A stretch of DNA of 64,000 bases, from assembly GCF_046119375.1 (NCBI RefSeq), contig NW_027362772.1, positions 14,136,001 through 14,200,000 on the forward strand, written 5' to 3'. The notes under the pieces are model-generated. The model was not told the origin of the DNA. It searched no databases and saw nothing but the letters and a program-made list of their open reading frames with translations. This DNA is from Phyllobates terribilis (Eukaryota). Below are positions 1 to 12,265 of this stretch, piece by piece. The stretch's first letter is position 1. The number at the start of each line of letters is the position of its first letter. Made by a program: the position numbers and the translations under genes.

Positions 1-3000
1 TTTGCTGAGGATAGCCTATCAGTTTCTGGTCTCCCATGAGGACCTCAGCTGAGGATAGTCTGTCAGTGTGAGGGTCTCCTATCATTGCCTCAGTTGAAGA
101 TAGCCCATCAGTTTGAGGGTCTTATATCAAAACCTCAGCTGAGGATAGCCCATCAGTGTGAGGGTCTCCTTTCATCACCTCAGGTGACGATAGGCCATCA
201 GTGTGGGGTCTCCTATCAAGACCTCAGCTGAGGATAGCCCATGAGTGTGAGGGTCTCCTATCATTGCCTCAGCTGAAGATAGCCCATCAGTTTGAGGGTC
301 TTATATCAAAACCTCAGCTGAGGATAGCCCATCAGTGTGAGGGTCTCCTTTCATCACCTCAGGTGAGGATAGGCCATCAGTGTGGGGTCTCCTATCAAGA
401 CCTCAGAAGAGGATAGCTCATCAATGTGGGGTCTTCTATCAAGGGCTTGACTGAGAAAAGATCACTAGTGTCGGGTGTCCTATCAAGTCCTCAACTGAGG
501 ATAGCCCATCAGTGTGAGGGTCTCCTATCAAGATCTCAGCTGAGGATAGCCCATCAGTGTGGGGTCTCACAATAAAGCCTCTTCTGAGGATAGGCCACCA
601 ACGTGAAGTCTCCTATCAAGGCCTTGGCTGAGGATAGCCCATCAGTGTGGGGTCTCCTATGAAGACCTCAGCTGATTATAGCGCATAAATGTGGGGTCAC
701 CTATCAAGACCTCAGCTGAGGATAGCCCGTCAGTATGAGGGTCTCCTATCAAGACCTCGGCTGAGGATAAGCCAACAGTGTGAGGGTCTCTTATCAAGTT
801 CTCATATGAGGATAGACCATCTGTGTGAGGTCTCATACTGAAGCTTCTTTTGAGGTTAGGCCATCAGTTTGGGGTTTCCTATCAAGACCTCTTCTGAGGA
901 TAGCCCATCAGTATGGGGTCTCCTATCAAGACCTCAGCTGAGCATAGCCCATCAGTGTGGGGTCTCATACTGAAGCCTTTTCTGAGTATAGGCCATCAGT
1001 GTGGGGTCTCCTATCAAGGACTCAGCTGAGGATAGCCCATCAGTGTGAGGGTATCCTACCAAGAGCTCGGCTGAGGATAGCCCATCAGTGTGTGGTCTCC
1101 TATCAAGACCGCAGCTGAGGATAGCCCATCAGTTTGGGGTCTCCTATCAAGATCTCAGATGAGGATTGCCTGTCAGTGTGAGGGTCTCCTATCAAGACCT
1201 CAGCTGAGGAAAGCCCACCAGTGTTGGGTCTCCTATCAAGACCTCAACAGAGGATAGCTCATCAGTTTGACAATCTCTTATCAAGATCTCAGCTGAGGAT
1301 AGCCCATGAGTGTGGGGTCTCATACTGAAGCCTTTTCTGAGTATAGGCCATCAGTGTGGGGTCTCCTATCAAGGACTCAGCTGAGGATAGCCCATCAGTG
1401 TGAGGGTATCCTATCAAGAGCTCGGCTGAGGATAGCCTATCAGTGTGGGGTCTCCTATCAAGAGCTCAGCTGAGGATAGTCCATCAGTGTGGGGTCTCCT
1501 ATCAAGACCTCAGCTGAGTATAGCCTGTCAGTGTGAGGGTCTCCTATCAAGGCCTCAGCTGAGGATAAGCCATCAGTGTGAGGGTCTCTTATCAAGATCT
1601 CAGTTGACGATAGACCATCAGTGTGGAGTCTCATACTGAAGCCTCTTTTGAGGTTAGGCCATCAGTTTGGGGTTTCCTATCAAGGCCTCAGCTGAGGATA
1701 GCCCATCAGTGTGGGGTCTCCTATCAAGACCTCAGCTGAGGATAGCCCATCAGTGTAATGATCTCCTATCAAGAACTCGTCTGAAGATAGCCCATCAATG
1801 TGGGTTCTTCTATCAAGACCTCAGCTGAGTATAGCCAATCAGTATGGGGTCTCCTATCAAGACTTCATCTGAGGATAGTTCATCACTTTGACGTTCTCCT
1901 ATCAAAATCTCAAATGATGATAGCCCATTAGTGTGAGTGTCTTCTATCAAGGCCTCGGCTGAGAAAAGGTCACCAGTGTGGGGTCTCCTATCAAGACCTC
2001 AGCTGAAGATAGCCCATCAGTGTGAGGATCTCGCATCAAGATCTCAGCTGAGGATAGTCCGTCAGTGTAAGGTCTCCTGTCAAGACCTCAGCTGAGGATA
2101 GCCTGTCAGTGTGAGGGTCTCCTATCATGACCTTAGATGAGGATAGGCCAGCAGTGTGGGGTCTCCTATCAAGACCTCAGCAGAGGATAGCCCATCAGTG
2201 TGGGGTCTCCTATCAAGATCTTACCTGGGGATAGACAATCAGTGTGGGGTCTCATACTAAAGCCTCTTCTAAGAATAGGCCATCAGTGTGAGGGTCTCCT
2301 ATCAAGACCTCAGCTGAGGATAGCCCATCAGTATGGGGTCTCATACTGAAGCCTGTTCTGAGGATAGGCCATCAGTGTGGGTCTCCTATCAAGGACTCAG
2401 GTGAGGATAGCCCATCAGTGTGAGGGTATCCTATCAAGACCTCAGCTGAGGATAGCCCATCAGTGTAGGGTCACCTATCAAGACCTCAGCTGAGGATAGT
2501 CTGTCAGTGTGAGGGTCTCCTATCATGACCTTAGCTGAGGATAGGCCACCAGTGTGGGGTCTACTATCAAGACCTCAGCTGAGGACAGCCCATCAGTGTG
2601 GGGACTCGTATCAAAACCTCATCGGAGGATAGCCGATCAGTTTGACGGTTTCCTATCAAGATCTCAGCTGAGGATAGCCCATCAGTGTGACGATCTCCTA
2701 TCAAGACTTCAGCTGAGGATAGCCCATCAGTGTGGGGTCTCATACTGAAGCCTTTTCTGAGTATAGGCCATCAGTGTGGGGTCTCCTATCAAGACCCCAG
2801 CTGAGGATAGCCCATCAGTGTGAGGGTCTCCTATCAAGACCTATCAGTGTGAGGGTCTCCTATCAAGATCTCAGCTGAGGATAGTCCATCAGTGTGGTGT
2901 CTCATACTGAAGCCTCTTTTGAGGTTATGCCATCAGTTTGGGGTCTCCTATCAAGGCCTCAGCTGAGGATAGCCCATCAGTGTGGGGTCTCCTATCAAGA

Positions 3001-6000
3001 CCTCTGCTGAGGATAGCCCATCAGTGTGGGTTCTTCTATCAAGACCTCAGTTGAGCATAGCCCTCAGAGTGGGGTCTCCTATCACATTGACGGTCTCCTA
3101 TGAAAATCTCAGCTGAGGATAGCCCATCAGTGTGAGTGACTTCTATCTTGGCCTCGGCTGAGAAAAGGTCACCAGTGTGGGGTCTCCTATCAAGACCTCA
3201 GCTGAGGATAGACCATTAGTGTGAGGATCTCGCATCAAGATCTCAGCTGAGGATAGCCCATAAGAGTGGGGTCTCATACTAAAGCCTCTTCTGAGAATAG
3301 GCCATCAGTGTGGGTTCTCCTATCAAGACCTCAGCTGAGGACAGTCCCTCAGTGTGGGGTTTCTTTCAAGATCTCAACTGAGGATAGCCCATCAATGTGA
3401 GAGCCTCCTCTCAAGATCTCAGCTGAAGATTGCATAGCAGTGTGGGGTCTCATGTGAAGACCTCAGCTGAGGATAGCCTGTCAGTGTGGTGTCTCCTATC
3501 AAGACCTCAGCTGAGGATAGCCTGTCAGTGTGAGGGTCTCCTATCATGACCTTAGATGAGGATAGGCCACCAGTGTGGGGTCTCCAATCAAGACCTCAAC
3601 TGAAGATAGTCCATCAATATGAGGCTCTCGTATCAAGATCTCAACTGAGGATAACCCATCAGTGTGAGGATCTCCTTTCATCACCTCAGCTGAGGATAGG
3701 CCATCAGTGTGGGTTCTCCTATCAAGACCTCAGCTGAGGATAGCCCATCAGTTTGAGGGTCTCATATCAAGACCTCAGCTAGGATAGCCCATCAGTGTGA
3801 GGGTCTCATATCAAGACCTCAGTTGAGGATAGCCCATCAGTATGAGGTCTCCTATCAAGACCTCAGATGAGGATAGGCCACCAGTGTGGGGTCTCCTATC
3901 TGGACCTCAGCTGAGGATAGCCCATCAGTTTGACGGTCTCCTATTAAGATCTCAGCTGAGGATAGTCCATCAGTGTGAGGGTTTTCTATCAATGCCTCGG
4001 CTGAGAAAAGTTCCCCAGTGTGGGGTCTTCTATCAATAACTCAGCTGAGAATAGCCCACCAATGTGAGGGTCTCCTATCAAGATCTTATCTGAGGATAGC
4101 CCATCAGTGTGGGGTCTCATACTAAAGCCTCTTCTGAGGATAGGCCATCATTGTGGGGTCTCCTATCAAGGCCTCAGCTGAGGATAGTCCATCAATTTGA
4201 GGGTCTCCAATCAAGATCTCAGCTGAGGACAGCCCATAAGTTTGGGGTTTTCTATCAAGACCTCAGCTGCTGATAGCCCATCAGTGTGGAGTCTCATACT
4301 GAAGTCTCTTCTGAGGATAGACCATCAGTGTCGGATCTCCTATCAAGGCCTCAGCTGAGGATAGCCTGTCAGTGTGAGTGTCTGCTATCAAGACCTCGGC
4401 TGAGGATAGCCCACCAATGTGGGGTCTCTTGTCAAGATCTCAGCTGAGGATAGAACATCAGTGTGTGGTCTCCGATCAAGACCTCAGCTGAGGATAGCCC
4501 ATCAGTTTTGGTCTCCTATGACGACTTCAGCTGAGGATAGCCTGTCAGTATGAGGGTCTCCTATCAAGACCTCAGGTGAGGATAGCCCATCAGTGTGGAA
4601 TCTCCTATCAAGACCTCAACTGAGGATAGCCCATCAATTTGGGGTCTCCTATCAAGCCCTCAGATAAAGATTACCTGTCAGTGTGAAGGTCTCCTATCAA
4701 GACCTCGGCTGAGGATAGCCCAACAGCGTGATGGTCTCCTATCAAGACCTCGGCTGAGGATAGGCCACCAGTGTGGGGTCTCTTGTCAAGATCTCAGCTG
4801 ATGATAGCCCATCAGTGTGGGGTGTCCTATCAAGACCTCAGCTGAGGAAAGCCCATCAGTGTGGGGTCTCCTATCAAGACCTCGGCTGAGGATAAGTCAT
4901 CAGTGTGAGGGTCTCCTATCAAGACATCGGCTGAGGATAAGTCATCAGTGTGAGGGTCTCCTATCAAGATCTCAGCTGAGGATAGTTCATCAGTGTGGGG
5001 TCTCATACTGAAGCCTCTTTTGAAGTTATGCCATCAGTTTGGGGTCTTCTATCAAGGCCTCAGCTGAGTATAGCCCATCAGTGTGGGGTCTCATATTAAG
5101 ATCTCAGCTGAGGATAGTTCATCAGTATGATGATCTCCTATCAAGACCTCTGCTAAGGATAGCCCATCAGTGTGGGTTCTTCTATCAAGACCTCAGCTGA
5201 GCATAGCCCATCAGTGAGGGGGCTCCTATCAAGACCTCAGCTGAGGATAGCCCATCACATTGACGGTTTCCTATCATAATCTCAGCTGAGGATAGCCCAT
5301 TAGTGTGAGTGACTACTATCAAGCCCTCGGCTGAGAAAAGGTCACCAATGTGAGGATCTCGCATCAAGATCTGAGCTGAGGAGAGCCCATCAGAGTGGGG
5401 TCTCATATTAAAGCCTCTTCTGAGAATAGGCCATCAGTGTGGGGTCTCCTATCAAGACCTCAGCTGAGGACAGTCCCTCAGTGTGGGGTCTCCTTTCAAG
5501 ACCTCAACTGAGGATAGCCCATCAGATTGAGGGTCTCCTCTAAAGATCTCAGCTGAGGATAGCCCATCAGAGTGAGGTCTCATACTAAAGCCTCTTCTGA
5601 GAATAAGCCATCAGTGTGAGGATCTCCTATCAAGACCTCAGCTGAGGATAACCCATCAGTATGAGGGTCTCCTAATAAAATCTCAGCTGAGGATAGCTCT
5701 TCAGTGTGGGGTCACACACTGAATCCTCTTCTGAGGATAGGCCATCAGTGTGGGTCTCCTATCAAGGCCTCAGCTGAGGATAGCCCATCAGTGTGAGGAT
5801 CTCCTTTCTAGAGCTCGGCTGTGGATAGCTCAACAGTGTAGCGTCTATCAAGACCTCAGCTGAGGATAGCCCATCAGTGTGGGGTCTCCTGTCAAGACCT
5901 AGGCTAAGGTTAGCCCATCAATGTGAGGGTCTCCTATCAAGACCTCGGCTGAGGATAGCCCAACAGTGTGATGGTCTCCTATCAATACCTCGGCAAAGGA

Positions 6001-9000
6001 TAGGCCACCAATGTGGGGTGTATTGTCAAGATCTTAGATGAGGATAGCCCATCAGTGTGATTTCTCCTACCAAGACCTCAGCTGAGGATAGCCCATCAGT
6101 TTGGGGTCTCCTATCAAGACCTCAGCTGAGAATAGTCCATCAGTGTGAGGGACTCCTTTCATCACCTCAGCTGAGGACAGGCCATCAGTGTGGGGTCTCC
6201 TATCGAGACCTCAACTGAGGTTAGTCCATCAATTTGAGGGTCTCATATCAAGACCTCAGCTGAGGATAGCCCATCAGTTTGAGGGTCTCATATCAAGTCC
6301 TCAGCTGAGGATAGGCCACCAGTGTGAACTCTCCTTTCAGGACCTCAGCTGAGCATAGCCCATCAGTTTGATGGTCTCCTAATAAGATCTCAGCTGAGGA
6401 TAGTCCATCAGTGTGAGGGTTTTCTATGAATTCTTCGGCTGAGAAAAGTTCACCAGTGTGGGGTCCCCTATCAATTTTCAGCTGAGGATAGCCCATCAAT
6501 GTGAAGGTCTCCTATCAAGATCTCATCTGAAGATAGCCCATCAGTGTGGGGTCTCATACTAAAGCCTCTTCTGAAGAAAGGCCATCAGTGTGGGGGTCTC
6601 CTATCAAGGCCTCAGCTCAAGATAGCCCATCAGTGTGAGGGTCACCTATCAAGACCTCAGCTGAGGATAGCCCAGCAGTGTGGAATATCCTTTCAAGACT
6701 TCAGCTGAGGATAGCCCATCAGTTTGAGAGTCTCATATCAATACCTCGGCTGAGGATAGCCAATCAGTGTGGGTTCTTCTATCAATACCTCAGCTGAGAA
6801 TAGCCCATCAGTGTGTGGTCTCCTATCAAAACCTCAGCTGAGGATAGCCCATCAGTGTGAGTGTCTTCTATCAAGGCCTCGGCTGAGAAAAGATCACCAG
6901 TGTGTGTTCTCCTATCAAGACCTCAGCTGAGGACAGTATATCAGTGTGGGGTCTCCTTTCAAGATCTCAACTGAGGATAGCCCATCAGTTTGAGTGTCCC
7001 ATATCATGACCTCAGCTGAGGATAGCCCATCAGTGTGAGGGTCTCCTCTCAAGATCTCAGCTGAATATAGCCTATCAGTGTGGGGTCTCCTATCATGACT
7101 TCAACTGAGGATAGCCCATCAGTGTGGAGTCTCCTATCAAGATCTCAGCTGAGGATAGACAATCAGTGTGGGCACTCATACTAAAGCCTCTTCTGAGAGT
7201 AGGCCATCAATGTGAGGGTCTCCTAATAAGACTTCAGCTGAGGCTAACCCATCAGTTTTAGGGTCTCCTATCAAGACCTCAGCTGAGGATAGCCCATCAG
7301 TGTGGGGTCTTATACTGAAGCCTCTTCTGAGGATAGGCCATCAGTGTGGGTCTCCTATCAAGGCCTCAGCTGAGGATAGCCCATCAGCGTGAGGGTCTCC
7401 TATCAAGAGCTCGGCTGTGGATAGCCCACCAGTGTGGGGTCTATCAAGACCTCAGCTGAGGATAGCTCATCAGTGTGGGTTCTCCTATCAAGACCTCAGC
7501 TGAGGATAGTTCGTCAGTGTGAGGGTCTCCTATCAAGACCTCGGCTGAGGATAGCCCAACAGTGTGATGGTCTCCTATCAATACCTTTGCTAAGGATAGG
7601 CCACCAATGTGGGGTCTCTTGTCAAGATCTCAGCTGAGGATAGCCCATCAGTGTGTTTTCTCCTATCAAGACCTCAGCTGAGGATAGCCCATCAGTTTGG
7701 GGTCTCCTATCAAGACCTCAGCTGAGGATAGCCCATCAGTTTGGGGTCTCCTCTTAAGACCTCAGCTGAGGATAGCCCATCAGTTTAGTGTCTCCTTTCA
7801 TCACCTCAGCTTAGGATAGACCATCAGTGTGGGGTCTCTTATCAAGACCTCAGCTAGGATAGTCCATCAGTGTGAGGGTCTCCTTTAATCACCTCAGCTG
7901 AGGATAGGCCTTCACTGTGGGGTCTCCTATCAAGACCTCAGATGAGGATAGCCCATCAGTTTGGGGTCTCCTATCAAGACCTCAGCTGAGGATAGGCCAT
8001 CAGTGTGGGGTCTCCTATCAGGACCTCAGCTGAGGATAGCCCATCAGTTTGACGGTCTGTTATCAAGATCTCAGCCGAGGATAGTCCATCAGTGTGAGGG
8101 TTTTCTATCAAGGCCTCGGCTGAGGAAAGGTCATCAGTGTGGGGTCTCCTTTCAAGATCTGAGCTGAGGATAGCTAATCAATATGAGGGTCTCCAATCAA
8201 GATCTCAGCTGAGGATAGCCCATCAGTGAGGGGTCTCATACTATAGCCTCTTCTGAGGCTAGCCCAACAGTGTGGAATCTCCTTTAAAGACCTCAACTGA
8301 GGATAGCACATCAGTGTGAGAGTCTCCTTTCAACACCTCTGCTGAGGAGTTTGACGGTCTGTTATCAAGACCTCAACTGAGGATAGTCCATCAATTTGAG
8401 GGTCTCATATCAAGACCACAGCTGAGGATAGCCCATCAGTGGGGGCTCTCCTATCAAGACCTCAGCTGAGGATAGTCCATCAGTTTGAGGGTCTCATATC
8501 AAGACCTCAGCTAAGGATAGCCCATCCGTTTGGGGTCTCCTATCAAGACCTCTGCTGAGGATAGCCTGTCAGTGTGAGGTTCTCCTATTATTACCTCACT
8601 TGAGGACAGGCCACAAGTGTGGGTTCTCCTATCAAGACCTCAGCTGAGGATAGCCCTTCAGTGTGGGGTCTCCTATCAAGACCTCAGCTGAGGATAGCCC
8701 ATCAGTGTGGGGTCTTCTATCAAGACCTCAGCTGAGGTTAGCCCATCAGTTTGACGGTCTCCTATCAAGATCTCAGCTGAGGATAGCCCATCAGTGTAGT
8801 GTCTCATACTGAAGCCTTTTCTGAGGATCGGCCCTCAGTGAGGGATCTCTTATCAAGGCCTCAGCTGAGGATAGCCCATCAGTGTGAGGGTCTACTATCA
8901 AGAGCTCGGCTGAGGATAGCCCACCAGTGTGGGGTCTCCTATCAAGACCTCAGCTCAGGATATCCCATCAGTGTGCGGTCTCATTTCAAGACCTCGGCTG

Positions 9001-11982
9001 AGGATAGCCCGTCAGTGTAAGGGTCTCCTATCAAGACCTCAGCTGAGGTTAACCCATCAGTATGAGGTCACCTATCAAGATTTCAGTTGAGGTTAGCCTA
9101 TCAGTGCGGGGTCTCAAACTGAAGCCTCTTCTGAGGATAGGCCATCAGTGTGAGGGACTCCTATCAAGAGCTCGGCTGAGGATAGCCCATTAGTGTGGGG
9201 TCTCCTATCAAGACCTCGGCTGAGGATAGGCCACCAATGTGGGGTCTCCTATCAAGGTCTCAGCTGAGGATAGCCCATCAGTGTGGGTTCTTCTATCAAG
9301 ACCTTAGCTGAGGATAGCACATCGGTGTGGGGTCTTCTATCAAGACCTCAGCTGAGGATAGCCCATCAGTGTGAGGGTCTTCTATCAAGGCTTCGGCTGA
9401 GAAAAGGTCAACAGTGTCTGGTCTCCTATCAAGACCTCAGCTGAGGATAGCCCATCAGTGTGGGGTCTCCTATCAAGACCTCGGCTGAGGATAGGCCACC
9501 AACGTGGGGTCTCCTATCAACGCCTCAGCTGATGATAGCCCATCACTGTGGGGTCTCATATCAAGACCTCAGCTGAGGATAGCCCAGCGGTTTGATGGTC
9601 TCCTATCAAGATCTCAGCTGAAGATAGCCCATCAGTGTGAGGGTCTCCTTTCAAGATCTCAGCTGAGGATAGCCCATCAGTGTGGCGTTTTGTACTGAAG
9701 CCTCTTCTGAGGATCAGCCATCAGTGTGGAGTCTCCTATTAAGGCCTGAGCTGATAGGCCACCAATGTGAGGGTCTCCCATCAAGACCTCAGCTGAGGTT
9801 AGCCCATCAGTGTGAGGTCTCCTATCATGAATTCAGTTGAGGTTAGCCCATCAGTGCGGGGTCTCAAACTGAAGCCTCTTCTGAGGATAGGCCACCAATG
9901 TGGGGTCTCCTATCAAGGCCTCAGCTGAGGATAGCCCATCAGTGTGGGTTCTTCTATCAAGACCTCAGCTGAGGATAGCCCATCAGTGTGGGGTCTTCTA
10001 TCAAGACCTCAGTTGAGGATAGCAAATCAGTGTGAGGGTCTTCTATCAAGGCTTCGGCTGAGAAAAGGTCAACAGTGTGGGATCTCCTATCAAGTTCTCA
10101 GCTGAGGATAGCACATCAGTGTGGGGTCTCATACTAAAGCCTTTTCTAAGGATACACCATCAGTGTGGGGTTTCCTATCAATACCTCAGCTGAGGATAGT
10201 CCATCAGTGTGGGGTCTCCTTTCAAGACCTCAACTGAGGATAGCTCATCAGATTGAGGGTCTCATATCACGACCTCAGCTGAGGATATCCCATCAGTGTG
10301 AGGGTCTCCTATCAAGAGCTCTGCTGAGGATAGCCCACCAGTGTGGGGTTTCCTATTAAGACCTCTGTTGAGGATAGTTCATTAGTGTGGGGTCTCCTAT
10401 CAAGACCTCGGCTGAGGATAAGCCACCAGTGTGAGGGTCTCCTATCAAGATCTCAGCTGCGGATAGTCCATCAGTGTTTGGGCCTCATACTGAAGCCTCT
10501 TCTGAGTTTGGGCTATCAGTGTGGGTTCTCCTATCAAGACCTCAGCTGAGGTTAGCCCATCAGTGTGGGTTCTCCTATCAAGATCTCAGCTGAAGATAGC
10601 CCATCAGTGTGGGGTTTTATGCTAAAGCCTCTTCTGAGGATAGGTCATCTGTGTGGAGTCTCCTATCAAGGCCACAGCTGAGAATAGGCCACCAATGTGA
10701 GGGTCTCCCATCAAGATCTCAGCTGAGGTTAGCCCATCAGTGTGAGGTCTCCTATCAAGATCTTAGTTGAGGTTAGCCAATCAGTGCGGGGTCTCATACT
10801 GAAACCTCTTCTGAGGATAGGCCATCAGTGTGAGGTCTCCTATCAAGACCTCAGCTGTGGATAGACCTTTAGTGTGAGGGTTTCCTATCTCAAGGCCTCA
10901 GCTGAGGATAGCCAATCAGTGTGGGGTCTCATATTGCATCCTTTGCTGACGATAACTTATCAGATTGTCATCTCATCGAGGCCTCAGCTGAGTATACCCT
11001 ATCAGTGTTGGTCTCGTATGGAGGCCTTGACTGAGGACAGCCTTCCCGTGTGGGATCTCATATCGCAGACTTGGCTAAGGATATCTCATTAGTGTGGTGT
11101 CTTGCATCAAGGCCTCTGCTGAGGATTGCACAACAGTCAGGGGTCTTGCATCCAGGCCTGGGCTGATGATAGCCCATTGGTGTGAGGGGCCTAGCTGAGG
11201 AAAGCCCATAAATGTAGGTATCTTTTATGTAGGGTCTTATATTAAGACTTTAGCTGAAGATAGCCCATCACTGTAGGGTCTTATATTGAGGCCTCGGCTG
11301 AGGATAGCCCATCAGTTTGGGGTCTCACTTCGAAGCCTCTTCTGAGGATAGCCCATCAGTGAAGGGTCTTATATTGAGGCTTCAGCTGAGAATAGCCCAT
11401 CAGTATGAGGTCTCACAAAGAGGCCTCGGCTTTAGATAGCCTATCAATCTGAATTCTTATAACGAGTCCTATTCTGAGGATAGCCCATCAGTGTAGGGTC
11501 TTATATTGAGGCCTCCTCTGAGGATAGCCCATCAGTGTGGTGTCTCATATCTCAAGTGAGGATAGCCCATCAGTGTAGGGTCTTATATTGAGACCTTGGC
11601 TGAGCATAGCCTATCATTGTGGTGTTTCACGTTGAGTACTCTTCTGAGGATAGCCCATCAGTGTAGTTTCTCACATTGAGACCTCTTCTGAGGATAGCCC
11701 ATCAGTGTAGGGTCTTAAATTGAGGCCTTGGCTGAGGATAGCCCATTGGTGTGGTGTCTCATATCGAGTCCCCTTCTACGCATAGCCCATCATCGGTGTA
11801 GGGTCTTATATTGAGGCCTTGGCTGAGGATAGCCCATTGGTGTGGGGTCTCACGTCGAGTCCTCTTCTGAGGATAGCCCATCGGTGTAGGGTCTTATATT
11901 GAGGCCATGGCTGAGGATAGTCCATTGGTGTGGGGTCTCACGTCGAGTCCTCTTCTGAGGATAACCCATCGGTGTAGGGTCT
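1..11982. repeat. 44-45 bp tandem satellite (about 270 units, truncated by the window start)
   Basis: Consensus CTCCTATCAAGACCTCAGCTGAGGATAGCCCATCAGTGTGGGGT; period 44 (cagtgtgggg at 1441 and 1485). Each unit has the 12-bp palindrome CCTCAGCTGAGG. Variant units are interspersed, and units diverge after about 10900. Confidence 0.97.
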
Positions 11983-12221
11983 GTACACACATATGAGGAT
12001 AGTGGCCTCGACCTGTGAATCTTGCACTTTCCGCACATCTGTCCCGGTCTCGGCTCTCCCACCCGCTCCGTCACACAAGGTAAACACGTTCTTATCTCGT
12101 CCATGAATAATGACTTGTTGGAGCAGATTCTGCGTCCTCGGAGAGCAATGTGGAGGGGTCTCATTGGCTGGGTCTATCTCCCTGGTGCAGCTCATTATGG
12201 CAGAGAGTCAGATCCGCTCTC

Positions 12222-12228
12222 TATATAA
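12222..12228 (+). promoter_or_regulatory. TATA box of the CTRC-like gene
   Basis: TATATAA starting 44 bp upstream of the ATG at 12266. Confidence 0.7.
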
Positions 12229-12265
12229 TCAGTGCCTGGGGTCCAGGGGGATCTGACACATCACG

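Noticed and set aside
1-11982. Palindromic 44-bp repeats resembling a CRISPR array, plus many 60-73 aa ORFs
   Set aside because: Units are head-to-tail with no unique spacers, there are no cas genes and the context is eukaryotic. The ORFs are translations of the repeat.
12000-12220. Possible PTF1 (E-box plus TC-box) site in the CTRC promoter; similar candidate near 35540 for CELA2A
   Set aside because: CATCTG, TTTCC and TGGGAA pieces are present but not in canonical sequence and spacing; cannot be supported by eye.
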